40,847 nt of DNA, from positions 1-40,847 of the forward strand of contig JBOIBL010000104.1 in NCBI GenBank assembly GCA_050739495.1. The letters are read 5' to 3'. Shown one piece after another: positions 19,959-30,816 of this stretch; positions within the stretch are counted from its first letter, which is position 1; each line of letters starts with the position of its first letter. The position numbers and the translations under genes are program-made. Source of the stretch: Gammaproteobacteria bacterium (lineage in GTDB: Bacteria; Pseudomonadota; Gammaproteobacteria; Natronospirales; REEB76). Under the pieces are notes generated by a model. The model was not told the DNA's origin. It made no database searches and worked only from the letters and a program-made list of their open reading frames with translations.

Positions 19959-21788
19959 TCAATGGAATGTCCCGTATATGCGCTCGGCCAATGCCTGGCT
20001 GATACCGTGCACCTGCATGAGGTCTTCGATCCCGGCGCGTGCCACGCCCTGCAAGCCGCCGAACTGTTTGAGCAATTGCTGGCGCCGCTTCGGCCCCAAC
20101 CCGGCGATCTCTTCCAGTGGTGACGCGTTGCGTGCCTTGGCCCGGCGCTGGCGATGTCCGGTGATGGCAAATCGGTGCGCCTCGTCGCGGATCTGCTGGA
20201 TCAGGTGCAGGGCCGGTGAGTCCGCGGGGAGTATAAGTGGAGTGTCTTGACCGGACAAGAAAAGTTGTTCCAGTCCGGGCCGTCGGGTCGGCCCTTTCGC
20301 TACACCCACCAGCAACACGCCCTCTACCTGCAGTTCTTCCATGACCTTTTCTGCCATGTGCAGCTGGCCCTTGCCGCCATCGATGAGCAGTACGTCCGGG
20401 ATCATGCCTTCACCACGTTTGAGCCGGGTATAACGGCGAGTGAGCGCTTCGCGCATGGCGCCATAGTCATCGCCGGGCGTGATGTCATTGATATTGAAGC
20501 GGCGATAGTCACCTTTGCGCGGGCCTTCCTGGTCGAATATCACGCACGATGCCACCGTGCCCTCGCCCATCGTATGACTGATATCGAAGCATTCGAGCCG
20601 CGTCGGCAACTGGTCGAGTTCCAGCACCTCCTGCAGAGCTTCAAAGCGCTGCCGCATGTCCGCATCGATCGCCAATCGCATCAGCAGCGCCTGGTTTGCA
20701 GTCAGACGGGTCTGATCGATCAGCTTGCGGCGTTCACCGCGCACCGGATGCATGATCTGTACCCGCTTGCCGGTTTGTTCACTGAGGGTCTGTTGCAACA
20801 GGGCTTCATCTTCGACTTGCTCGCACAACAGTATCTGTTTGGGAACCTCGCGGTCCAGGTAGTATTGAGGCAGAAACGCAGACAAAACTTCCCGTTCATC
20901 GGTTTCGACGCTGACACGCGGGAAATAGGTCTTGCTGCCGAGATTGCGCCCCGCGCGTACAAAAGTGACAGCGACGCAGGCCAGCCCTGCTTTTACGCTG
21001 ACAGCGATCGCATCGTGATCGCCATCGTCGCCGCTGATATGTTGATGGGTCACGGTCTTTCTTAGACTCGCGATCTGATCCCGGTAGCGCGCCGCCAGTT
21101 CGAAGTCCAGGCGTTCCGACGCACCCTCCATGCGCTTCACCATGGCATCGATGACTTCGCGATTGCGGCCCTCCAGAAACAGCACCGCATTGCTGACGTC
21201 GCACGCGTAATCGCCGGCATCTATGAGACCGACGCAGGGTGCTGAACAGCGTTTGATCTGATATTGCAGGCAGGGGCGGCTGCGATTGCGGAAGAAGGTA
21301 TCGTTGCATTGTCGCAGCAGAAACAGTTTCTGCAACAGATTCACGGTTTCGCGTGCTGAATAGGCGCTCGGGTAAGGACCGAAATATTTACCGGTCTCGC
21401 GGCGCCGTCCCCGGTAGAGCGTGAGACGCGGAAATGGTGAATCATCCACCAGTCGGATGTATGGGTAACTCTTGTCATCGCGCAATACCACGTTGTAGCG
21501 TGGCCGGTACTGTTTAATGAGGTTATTTTCCAGTAGCAGCGCTTCGACTTCTGTATGTGTACTGGTCACCTCGATGGATGCCATCTGCGCCATCATCGAA
21601 CGCGTTTTGAGTGGCACGCCGGTAGTGCGGAAATAACTCGATAAGCGCTTCTTCAGGTTGCGGGCTTTCCCAACGTAAAGAATATCGCCCCGTGCATCCA
21701 GCATGCGGTAAACGCCGGGCGCGCCGGTAACGTTTGCCAGGAACCTCGCGCTATCGAAAGACTTGGTGCTGTTCTCCGTCTCGTTCAC
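19959..21788 (-). CDS. uvrC: excinuclease ABC subunit C
   Basis: 609 aa with an N-terminal GIY-YIG domain (PGVYRMLDARGDILYVGKARNLKKRLSSY). It also has a UvrBC-interaction region, an endonuclease domain and a C-terminal (HhH)2 (...IAGLGPKRRQQLLKQFGGLQGVARAGIEDL). Confidence 0.95.
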   Translation of the reverse strand: MNETENSTKSFDSARFLANVTGAPGVYRMLDARGDILYVGKARNLKKRLSSYFRTTGVPLKTRSMMAQMASIEVTSTHTEVEALLLENNLIKQYRPRYNVVLRDDKSYPYIRLVDDSPFPRLTLYRGRRRETGKYFGPYPSAYSARETVNLLQKLFLLRQCNDTFFRNRSRPCLQYQIKRCSAPCVGLIDAGDYACDVSNAVLFLEGRNREVIDAMVKRMEGASERLDFELAARYRDQIASLRKTVTHQHISGDDGDHDAIAVSVKAGLACVAVTFVRAGRNLGSKTYFPRVSVETDEREVLSAFLPQYYLDREVPKQILLCEQVEDEALLQQTLSEQTGKRVQIMHPVRGERRKLIDQTRLTANQALLMRLAIDADMRQRFEALQEVLELDQLPTRLECFDISHTMGEGTVASCVIFDQEGPRKGDYRRFNINDITPGDDYGAMREALTRRYTRLKRGEGMIPDVLLIDGGKGQLHMAEKVMEELQVEGVLLVGVAKGPTRRPGLEQLFLSGQDTPLILPADSPALHLIQQIRDEAHRFAITGHRQRRAKARNASPLEEIAGLGPKRRQQLLKQFGGLQGVARAGIEDLMQVHGISQALAERIYGTFH

Positions 21789-22423
21789 TGCGGCAGCAAC
21801 TTCTTTGCCTGTTTCATCACGGCTACGAACATCGCTTCGGTCAGACGCCGGGTCTGGGTGTTATAGCGGCTGCAATGATATGAATCCACCAATTTACGGC
21901 GTTTTTCCAGTGCATGGCTGGCGCCGTGCCTGAAAACAAATTCACGTTGTTTGAGTCCGGAGGCACGGATCACGGCTTCATGCGCTATGCGTCCGAGTGC
22001 GAGGATGACCGCACCCTCGGGCAGCGATTCGAGTTCGGCTTGCAGGAACTCGTTGCAGTTGAGCACTTCGGAACCGACCGGTTTGTTCGCCGGTGGCAGG
22101 CATTTCACTGCGTTGGTGATGCGGCAATCTATCAAGCGCAGACGGTCACGGACGGAACGAGATTCTGCAGCACTGGCAAAGCCGAGTTGATGCAGCGTCT
22201 TGTAAAGCAGGATGCCGGCGTGATCGCCGGTGAAGGGCCGGCCCGTGGCATTGGCGCCGTGCATGCCGGGTGCCAGGCCTACGATGAGCAAGCGCGCTTT
22301 TTTATCTCCAAACGGCGGTACCGGGCGAGCGTGATACTCCGGATATTCGCGGCGTATGCCGGTCAGGAACTTTGCCAGCCGCGGGCAACGCGTGCAGTTG
22401 AGATCAAAACAAGCTGTATTCAT
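21785..22423 (-). CDS. uracil-DNA glycosylase superfamily protein (family 4/5-like, Fe-S type)
   Basis: Contains CxxC (CTRCPRL), LLIVGLAPGMHGANATGRPFTGDHAGILLY and a C-terminal ...HCSRYNT motif. The start is uncertain. It is either the ATG at 22423 (weak RBS) or the TTG at 22471, which overlaps the gacA stop. Confidence 0.7.
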   Translation of the reverse strand: MNTACFDLNCTRCPRLAKFLTGIRREYPEYHARPVPPFGDKKARLLIVGLAPGMHGANATGRPFTGDHAGILLYKTLHQLGFASAAESRSVRDRLRLIDCRITNAVKCLPPANKPVGSEVLNCNEFLQAELESLPEGAVILALGRIAHEAVIRASGLKQREFVFRHGASHALEKRRKLVDSYHCSRYNTQTRRLTEAMFVAVMKQAKKLLPQ

Positions 22424-22467
22424 GATGCCGAGTTTACCGGCACCCGCCTGAACAGACGAGAGGGATT

Positions 22468-23121
22468 TCAACTGGATGGGTTTTTTGTTTCTGCCAGCAC
22501 GTCGTAGCGCAACGCCAGACGCGTCAGCTCTACGTCGTTATTGACGTCGAGTTTTTCAAATAACCGCGAGCGGTAGGTGCTGACGGTCTTGGGGCTGAGG
22601 TGGAGCTGATCGGAGATGGTCTGCAGGGCCTGGCCGGTGATGACCATCAGCATCACCTGCATCTCGCGTTGTGAGAGCTTCTCGAACGGCGAGGCCTTGC
22701 CGCCGTCAAGCTTGGCTAGCGCCAATTGCTGGGCGATCGAAGCCGTGATGTAGCGTTCGCCCGCGTGAACCTTGCGTACTGCACTCACGACCTCATCCGC
22801 GGCACAATCCTTGGTCAGGTAACCATGGGCACCGGCTTCCAGCAATCGCAGCGGAAACGGTTCGCTGGCATGGACCGAGACGGCTATTACCTTTAAAGAC
22901 GGGTCATATGCATGCAGTTTGCGGGTCGCTTCCAGTCCGCCGATTCCCGGCATGTTGACGTCCATGAGGATTACGTCGGGCTTGAGTTCGCGCGCGAGCT
23001 TGACGGCTTCCTCGCCGGAAATCGCCTCCCCTGCGACACGCACGTCCGGCGTTTCCTCAAGTATCAGACGAATCCCTGTCCGAACAAGCTTGTGGTCATC
23101 CACCAGCAGGACACGGATCAT
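22468..23121 (-). CDS. gacA: two-component response regulator GacA/UvrY (NarL/FixJ family)
   Basis: 217 aa with a receiver domain (MIRVLLVDDHKLVRTGI...DVILMDVNMPGIGGLE) and a LuxR-type HTH (LSQREMQVMLMVITGQALQTISDQLHLSPKTVSTYRSRLFEKL). It lies upstream of uvrC as in Pseudomonas and E. coli. Confidence 0.85.
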   Translation of the reverse strand: MIRVLLVDDHKLVRTGIRLILEETPDVRVAGEAISGEEAVKLARELKPDVILMDVNMPGIGGLEATRKLHAYDPSLKVIAVSVHASEPFPLRLLEAGAHGYLTKDCAADEVVSAVRKVHAGERYITASIAQQLALAKLDGGKASPFEKLSQREMQVMLMVITGQALQTISDQLHLSPKTVSTYRSRLFEKLDVNNDVELTRLALRYDVLAETKNPSS

Positions 23122-23202
23122 GCTTAACTACCCCTGAAAACAGTTATATAAACCCTCGTCAAGAGATTACGTCAAATTTCACGCCTTGCACAGAGGCGGC
23201 AC

Positions 23203-24534
<1,332 letters not shown>

Positions 24535-24641
24535 GCGGAGCTATCCTTGGAAGCCTGATATCGGGAACTCGGAACCGGGAATATCTGCACCGGACGCAGC
24601 TTACCGGCGCGAAATTCTATCACGGAGCATCAATGCCTCAG

Positions 24642-24671
24642 AAAAAACGCCGGCTCCGCCTGGAACCGGCG
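24642..24671 (-). terminator. rho-independent terminator after aceA
   Basis: The minus strand reads CGCCGGTTCC-aggc-GGAGCCGGCG. This is a 10-bp stem with one G-U pair, followed by TTTTTTCTG. It lies 24 nt downstream of the aceA stop. Confidence 0.75.
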
Positions 24672-24694
24672 TCAGTTTGCCACCCCCGTGGATA

Positions 24695-26017
24695 TCAGGC
24701 GATTGCCTGTTCCGGTCTGGCAGCCTTGCCAGGCTTATTCAGAAACTGGGCTTCTTCGGTCGAACCGGTCAGTGCGGTAAGCGACGACGTCCCGCCGGCA
24801 ATCGCCTGGGCCACTGCGTCGAAATAGCCGGTACCCACTTCGCGTTGATGACGGGTGGCCGTGTAGCCCTGTTTTTCGGCGGCGAACTCCGCCTCCTGCA
24901 ATTCCACATACGCTTCCATCTGCCGGTCGCGATAACCGGTCGCCAGATTGAACATCGAATAGTTGAGGGCATGGAAACCAGCCAGGGTGATGAACTGGAA
25001 CTTGTAGCCCATCGCCGCCAACTCCCGCTGGAACTTGCGGATGGTGCCGTCATCGAGGTGCTTCTTCCAATTGAACGATGGCGAACAGTTATAGGCCAGC
25101 AGCTTGTCCGGATACCGTTGATGTATGGCGTCAGCGAATTCGCGTGCCTGATCGAGGTCAGGATGCGAGGTTTCGCACCAGATCAGGTCGGCGTACGGTG
25201 CGTAAGCGATTCCGCGCGAAATCGCTTGCGGTAATCCGGCGTTGACCCGGAAATAACCTTCCGCGGTACGTTCGCCGGTGCAGAACGGTTTGTCGTTCTC
25301 ATCGATGTCCGAAGTCAGCAGCGATGCGGCGTCGGCGTCGGTACGCGCCACGATGAGCGTCGGCACCCCCATGATGTCGGCTGCCAGTCGCGCGGCTACC
25401 AGTTTCTGAATGGCTTCCGAGGTCGGTACCAGCACCTTGCCGCCCATATGACCGCATTTCTTGGCGGCAGCGAGCTGATCTTCGAAGTGCACACCTGAGG
25501 CGCCCGCTTCGATCATCGCTTTCATCAGTTCGAATGCATTCAGCACGCCGCCGAAACCGGCTTCCGCGTCTGCAACGATCGGCAGGTATGGATCGAAATC
25601 TTCGTCCTTGTTTTCGGATTTCAGGATTTGATCCAGTCGCTGCAAAGAATTGTTGATACGCCGCACTAACGCCGGTACGGCATCCGCCGGATACAGCGAT
25701 TGATCCGGATACATCTGTCCCGCGGTATTGGCATCCGCTGCAACCTGCCAGCCGGAACAGTAGATCGCCTTGAGTCCGGCTTTGGCTTGCTGCATCGCCT
25801 GGTTGCCGGTGAGCGCGCCCAATGCATTCACGAACGATTCGGTATTCAATCCGCGCCAGAGCCTTTCCGCGCCGCGTCTTGCCAGCGTGTGCTCTACCTG
25901 CACGCTGCCACGCAACTGCACCATGTCCGCGGCATGGTAGGGACGTGACACACCTTTCCAGCGTGGCGATTCCTGCCACTCCTTTTCAAGCGCCTGTATC
26001 GATTGTTGATCGTTCAT
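24695..26017 (-). CDS. aceA: isocitrate lyase
   Basis: 440 aa. It contains the KKCGHMGGK active-site motif and other typical ICL sequence (...[10 protein letters not shown]..., ...ARTDA...). Confidence 0.95.
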   Translation of the reverse strand: MNDQQSIQALEKEWQESPRWKGVSRPYHAADMVQLRGSVQVEHTLARRGAERLWRGLNTESFVNALGALTGNQAMQQAKAGLKAIYCSGWQVAADANTAGQMYPDQSLYPADAVPALVRRINNSLQRLDQILKSENKDEDFDPYLPIVADAEAGFGGVLNAFELMKAMIEAGASGVHFEDQLAAAKKCGHMGGKVLVPTSEAIQKLVAARLAADIMGVPTLIVARTDADAASLLTSDIDENDKPFCTGERTAEGYFRVNAGLPQAISRGIAYAPYADLIWCETSHPDLDQAREFADAIHQRYPDKLLAYNCSPSFNWKKHLDDGTIRKFQRELAAMGYKFQFITLAGFHALNYSMFNLATGYRDRQMEAYVELQEAEFAAEKQGYTATRHQREVGTGYFDAVAQAIAGGTSSLTALTGSTEEAQFLNKPGKAARPEQAIA

Positions 26018-26038
26018 GACACACTCCTCTCATCCCGG

Positions 26039-27649
26039 TTAAAGCTGTTGGTAGGCATTCAGAGTCAGGAAATCAGCGAACGTCTCTGCTGTCGTCAGAG
26101 CTTGCAATAGCGCCGATGCAGACCTGACATGTTCACGCACGTCATCGTCAGCGCACTCAGCCAATAACTTTGTAGTTTCCGTTTCATGCAGTAATTCAAC
26201 CAGCGCACTGGTGAGTGTTCGGCCATCGTCCAACCGGACATCGCGCTGGTGCGTCCATTGCCAGAGTTGTGCGCGGGCGATCTCCGCCGTTGCAGCGTCT
26301 TCCATCAGATGATTGATGGGCACGCAACCGTTACCGGCCAGCCATGACGCGAGGTATTGGATCGAAACGCTGATGTTGTTGCGTACCCCGGTTTCGGTGA
26401 TCGTGCCTTCCGGTACGCGCAACAGATCGGCAGCCGCGACCTTCACGTCATCCCGCAATCTCGTCAGTTGATTGGGGCCTTGCAGCTGCTGATTGAATAT
26501 CTCCAGCGCGATCGGTACCAGACCGGGATGCGCGACCCAGGTACCGTCGTGACCGTCGCCCGCTTCACGCTCCTTGTCAGCCTGGATTTTGGCAATCGCA
26601 ACCGCATTTGCCTGCGTGTCACCCTTGATCGGAATCTGCGCCGCCATGCCCCCCATCGCGAAGGCGCCGCGCCGATGACAGGTCTGGATCAGCAGTTGCG
26701 AATAGGAACGCAGGAAATGAGTGGTCATGCCGACCTGGTTGCGTTCCGGCAGTACGTATTCACGATGCGCATGGAGCTTCTTGATGAAGCTGAAGATGTA
26801 GTCCCAGCGACCGCAGTTGAGCCCGACAATGTGTTCGCGCAATGCGAACAGTATCTCGTCCATCTCGAATGCGGCCGGCAGGGTCTCGATCAGCACCGTC
26901 ACTTTCACGGTGCCCGGTTTGAGTTGCAGAACGTGCTCCGCATGAACGATGACGTCATGCCAGAGCAGTGCTTCCTCGTAGCTTTCCAGTTTTGGCAGAT
27001 AGAAATATGGGCCGCTGCCGCGTTTCAGCGATTCATGGGCGTTGTGAAAAAGGTACAGACCGAAATCGAAAAGCGCTGCCGGAATTTCCCGGCCAGCGAA
27101 ACGCACATGTTTTTCCGGCAAGTGCCAGCCACGCGGTCGCACGATCAACACGGCGGTTTTGTCGTTGAGACGGTACGCTTTGCCTTCAGGACTGGTGTAA
27201 TCGATCTCGCGGCGCACGGCATCGTGCAGGTTGCACTGGCCTTCGATGACGTTTCCCCAGGTCGGCGCCAGCGAATCCTCGAAGTCCGCCATGAATGCCC
27301 TGGCACCGGAGTTGAGCGCATTGATGATCATCTTGCGTTCCACCGGCCCGGTGATTTCCACCCGGCGGTCGAGCAGATCTCCCGGAATTGATCCGATCTG
27401 CCACTCGGATTCACGGATATGACGGGTGTCTGCGCGAAAATCAGGCAGGTTTCCCAGGTCGAATTCGCGCTGCCGGCGGATGCGGGCAGCCAGCAAACCC
27501 TCGACCCGGTCGCTGAACCGGGATACGAGATCAGCGAGGAAGCGTTGTGCCCGGGAATCCAGCATCCCCATCTGATTCGCTGCGGCGGGGCCGAGCAACT
27601 CGAGTTCGGTATCGCGGACTGGCGTGGCGGGTTTGGTGACTGCCGGCAT
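26039..27649 (-). CDS. aceB: malate synthase A
   Basis: I moved the start to Met22 of the track ORF (AGGAG 9 nt upstream). The product is 536 aa. Motifs are RVEITGP.ERKMIINALNSGA..FMADFEDS, RPRGWHL.E, LNCGRWDYIFS and IQADKEREAGDGHDGTWVAHPGLV. Confidence 0.9.
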   Translation of the reverse strand: MPAVTKPATPVRDTELELLGPAAANQMGMLDSRAQRFLADLVSRFSDRVEGLLAARIRRQREFDLGNLPDFRADTRHIRESEWQIGSIPGDLLDRRVEITGPVERKMIINALNSGARAFMADFEDSLAPTWGNVIEGQCNLHDAVRREIDYTSPEGKAYRLNDKTAVLIVRPRGWHLPEKHVRFAGREIPAALFDFGLYLFHNAHESLKRGSGPYFYLPKLESYEEALLWHDVIVHAEHVLQLKPGTVKVTVLIETLPAAFEMDEILFALREHIVGLNCGRWDYIFSFIKKLHAHREYVLPERNQVGMTTHFLRSYSQLLIQTCHRRGAFAMGGMAAQIPIKGDTQANAVAIAKIQADKEREAGDGHDGTWVAHPGLVPIALEIFNQQLQGPNQLTRLRDDVKVAAADLLRVPEGTITETGVRNNISVSIQYLASWLAGNGCVPINHLMEDAATAEIARAQLWQWTHQRDVRLDDGRTLTSALVELLHETETTKLLAECADDDVREHVRSASALLQALTTAETFADFLTLNAYQQL

Positions 27650-27724
27650 AATGTGTAACTCCTGTAGGCACTGAATATCGGGTCTGGACGGAGCCTGCGC
27701 CCGGGCTTGCATCTTGAGAAGCCA

Positions 27725-27757
27725 ATTGCTTCAATCTCATTCATTGAAATTTGCAAT
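27725..27757. promoter_or_regulatory. imperfect palindrome in the aceB / LysR divergent intergenic region (candidate LysR-type T-N11-A site)
   Basis: The sequence is ATTGCTTCAAT-ctcattc-ATTGAAATTTGCAAT. TTCAAT/ATTGAA and ATTGC/GCAAT are inverted repeats around a 7-nt centre. It lies 7 nt upstream of the LysR ATG. Confidence 0.35.
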
Positions 27758-27763
27758 AATCGA

Positions 27764-28687
27764 ATGCCACGTCCGACTCGCTATTACCGCCAGAACCGCC
27801 TCGCCCAGTTGAGGGCGTTCTGTCATGCGGTAAAAGAAGGCGGAATTTCCAAGGCAGCCGAGAAGCTCGATTTGGCTCAGCCGACGATATCACTGCAGAT
27901 CCAGGCCCTGGAACAGGAACTGGGGGAAGTTTTGCTGGAGCGGCGCGGCCCAAGGATCCAGCCGACCCCGGCCGGGCTCGCACTCTACGAACTGGCCGTC
28001 CCGCTGGTAGCAGGGATGGACACCCTGCCCCAGGCCTTGGCAGACAAGTTCGGCAACCTCGATAGTGGCGAGATCAACATCGCGACCGGCGAATCGACTC
28101 TCCTTTATCTATTGCCAGCGTATGTTCGGGATTTCGCGGACCGCTACCCCCGCATCCACCTGCGCCTGCATAACGTAACCGGGCGCAACGGGCTGGCCAT
28201 GCTGCGTGCCGATGAAGTGGATTTCGCGGTCGGTTCCATGTTCGAGGTCCCCGACGACATGGTGTACAAGGCCCTGTTCACGTTCGATACCATGCTGATC
28301 ACCGCCATGGATCACCCACTGGTGGAATTACCGCAGGTGACACTTGAAGATATCGCCGAATACGGTTTGATCCTGCCTCCGCAGAATCTCAGTACCTGGC
28401 GGCGTGTCGATCAGGTATTTCGCGCCCACAAGTTGAAATTCAACGTGCGGCTCGAAGTCGGCGGCTGGGAAGTCATCAAACGCTACGTGGAGGAAGGCCT
28501 GGGAATCTCGATCGTCTCCAGCATCAGTCTGCGGCAGAGTTATCGGTTGCGCGCCATTTCATTGAAGGAGTATTTTCCGAAACGCACATACGGCGTTGTT
28601 TACCGGCGCGGTAAATTTCTGACACCACAGGCTCGCCGCTTCATCGAACTCATGGACAAACGTTTCTTCAGCGATGACGGGGCCTGA
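27764..28687 (+). CDS. LysR-family transcriptional regulator
   Basis: I moved the start to Met20 of the track ORF. It has an N-terminal wHTH (LAQLRAFCHAVKEGGISKAAEKLDLAQPTISLQIQALEQELG) and a LysR substrate-binding domain. It is divergent from aceB. Confidence 0.85.
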   Translation: MPRPTRYYRQNRLAQLRAFCHAVKEGGISKAAEKLDLAQPTISLQIQALEQELGEVLLERRGPRIQPTPAGLALYELAVPLVAGMDTLPQALADKFGNLDSGEINIATGESTLLYLLPAYVRDFADRYPRIHLRLHNVTGRNGLAMLRADEVDFAVGSMFEVPDDMVYKALFTFDTMLITAMDHPLVELPQVTLEDIAEYGLILPPQNLSTWRRVDQVFRAHKLKFNVRLEVGGWEVIKRYVEEGLGISIVSSISLRQSYRLRAISLKEYFPKRTYGVVYRRGKFLTPQARRFIELMDKRFFSDDGA

Positions 28688-28704
28688 TCCATGCCGGTGA
28701 AACC

Positions 28705-29241
28705 ATGTTGATCCTGTTCAATAAACCCTATGGCGTGATTTGTCAGTTCAGTAGCGATGGCAACCGGCCGACCCTGGCGGATTTCATCAAGATAAAGGAT
28801 ATCTATCCGGCCGGACGTCTGGATACGGACAGCGAAGGCCTCCTGATCCTGACCGATGACGGGCGTTTGCAAAGCCGCATCAGTCACCCGCGGCACAAGT
28901 TGCCAAAGACCTATCTGGCTCAGGTGGAACGCATCCCTGCCGAAACCGACCTCGAACGACTGCGCGAAGGAATTGTGTTGAATGATGGCCGTACCCTGCA
29001 GGCCGAAGCGAAGCTGATTGTCGAACCGGAAAATCTCTGGCGACGCGATCCACCGATCCGGTTCCGTAAAGCAATCCCGACCGGCTGGATCGAACTCACG
29101 CTGCGTGAAGGGCGCAATCGCCAGGTACGGCGCATGACAGCTGCGATCGGTTACCCGACACTGAGATTGATCCGATGGCAGATCGGAGATTGGACACTCG
29201 CAGGACTGGAACCGGGAACCTGGCGGGAAATCTACAACTAG
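28705..29241 (+). CDS. rluE: 23S rRNA pseudouridine synthase, RluE-like (RsuA/RluE family)
   Basis: 178 aa with no S4 domain. Motifs are LFNKPYGVICQFS and the catalytic Asp in YPAGRLDTDSEGLLILTDDG, plus KTYLAQV and REGRNRQVRRM. Confidence 0.8.
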   Translation: MLILFNKPYGVICQFSSDGNRPTLADFIKIKDIYPAGRLDTDSEGLLILTDDGRLQSRISHPRHKLPKTYLAQVERIPAETDLERLREGIVLNDGRTLQAEAKLIVEPENLWRRDPPIRFRKAIPTGWIELTLREGRNRQVRRMTAAIGYPTLRLIRWQIGDWTLAGLEPGTWREIYN

Positions 29242-29262
29242 CTTACGTCGCTAGAGTTACGT

Positions 29263-30618
29263 TTAGCCTTTCTTCGCTTTCCTCGCCACGATCCGCATCG
29301 CCATCTCAAGCGCCTGTTCGTAATTCAGACGTGGATCGACTTGCGATTTATAGGCACGTTCCAGGTCTGTGTCGGTGAGGCCGCGTGCACCACCGGTGCA
29401 TTCGGTCACATCGTCGCCTGTCAGTTCGAAATGTACACCGCCGAGAATGCTGCCGAGCCGTTCGTGCAATGCAAAAGCGGCTTCTAGTTCCTCGAGAATA
29501 TTTTCGAAACGCCGGGTCTTGATGCCGCTGGCAGTCGTCTCGGTATTGCCGTGCATGGGATCGCAGATCCATAACACCTGTTTACCGGCTTTGCGGATGG
29601 CTTCAACCAATGGTGGAAGCTTTTCGTTGATGTGACCGGCACCGAAACGATGGATGAGCGTGAGGCGGCCCAGTTCATTTTCCGGGTTCAGGATTTCGCA
29701 GAGTTCAATAAGCTGTTCTACTCCCAGGCTGCCGCCGACCTTGACGGCGACCGGGTTGGCGATGCCGCGGAAATATTCGACGTGAGCGCCTTTTAATTCG
29801 GCGGTGCGCATTCCGATCCAGGGATAGTGCGTCGACAGGTTGTACCAACGACCGGCTTCGGCAATATATTGAGTCTGGGCCTGCTCATATAAAAGATGCA
29901 GACCTTCATGACTGGTAAAGAAATCGATGCGGCCGCTCTCGCTGAGCGTCTGTCCCGAGATCGTCTCCATGAATGTGAGCGAATCCACGATGGATTGCAC
30001 GATGCGCCGGTATTCCGCTTCCAGCGGCGAGTTACGCACGAAATCCAGATCCCAGTACTCCGGGTGATGCAGGTCAGCAAAACCGCCATCGACCATGGCG
30101 CGCACATAGTTGAGCGTGAGCGCAGCGTGCTCGTAACCGCGCAGCATCAATTCCGGATTAGGCGTACGTTCGGCGGCACTGAAGCCGGTGCGGTTGATGA
30201 GATCGCCGCGATAACTCGGCAAGGTAATGCCGTTGCGGGTTTCCATCTCCGTCGAACGCGGTTTGGCGTATTGTCCGGCGATGCGTCCCACGCGGATCAC
30301 GCGTTTCTTGAGTCCGTGCACCAGGACCAGACTCATCTGCAGCAGGATCTTCAACTTGTTGGCGATAGGATCGGCGGTGCAATCGTCAAAATTCTCGGCA
30401 CAATCGCCGCCCTGCAACAGGAAACGTTCGCCGCGGCCGGCTTCTGCCAGCTGCCGACGCAGTTTATCCACTTCACCCCAGGTAACCAGCGGCGGCAAAC
30501 GGCGGATTTCAGTCAGAACGTGCTCGACTGCAGCGCCATCGGCGTAGAGCGGTTGTTGCCCGGCGATGCGCGATTGCCAGCTGTCGGGAGCCCAGTCGTG
30601 TCTGAGTTGGTCATCCAT
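29263..30618 (-). CDS. 3-deoxy-7-phosphoheptulonate (DAHP) synthase, class II
   Basis: About 451 aa from the ATG at 30618 (the track ORF starts at an upstream TTG, 30645). Motifs LLQGGDCAE, GRIAGQYAKPRS and ...WIGMRT..., together with the length, are typical of class II (plant/actinomycete-type) DAHP synthases. Confidence 0.85.
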   Translation of the reverse strand: MDDQLRHDWAPDSWQSRIAGQQPLYADGAAVEHVLTEIRRLPPLVTWGEVDKLRRQLAEAGRGERFLLQGGDCAENFDDCTADPIANKLKILLQMSLVLVHGLKKRVIRVGRIAGQYAKPRSTEMETRNGITLPSYRGDLINRTGFSAAERTPNPELMLRGYEHAALTLNYVRAMVDGGFADLHHPEYWDLDFVRNSPLEAEYRRIVQSIVDSLTFMETISGQTLSESGRIDFFTSHEGLHLLYEQAQTQYIAEAGRWYNLSTHYPWIGMRTAELKGAHVEYFRGIANPVAVKVGGSLGVEQLIELCEILNPENELGRLTLIHRFGAGHINEKLPPLVEAIRKAGKQVLWICDPMHGNTETTASGIKTRRFENILEELEAAFALHERLGSILGGVHFELTGDDVTECTGGARGLTDTDLERAYKSQVDPRLNYEQALEMAMRIVARKAKKG

Positions 30619-30816
30619 AAGTGCGTGTAATGCTACACGGGCCAAACGGCGCGGGAAAGCATGAGGTGCGATGCGGTGGGGGTTTGTGGCAAAATGGTCG
30701 TTTTTCAGGGCCGCATGCCCTGCTCTTCAGGGGTAAAACGGCGCGCATCCCGCGTCCCGCACCATTTCGAATTCAGGCCGGCTTCGGGGCCCGCTTGAGA
30801 CTGACAGGAGTTTTCT

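Noticed and set aside
20247-21065. A 272-aa plus-strand ORF inside uvrC, and a similar 256-aa ORF at 24464-25234 spanning the icd 5' end and aceA
   Set aside because: Both are antisense to strongly supported genes and have no motifs. The second would also cross a terminator and an intergenic region.
26357-27391. A 344-aa plus-strand ORF inside aceB
   Set aside because: It is antisense to malate synthase A, whose motifs are unambiguous. It has no RBS or recognisable domain, so it is a shadow frame.
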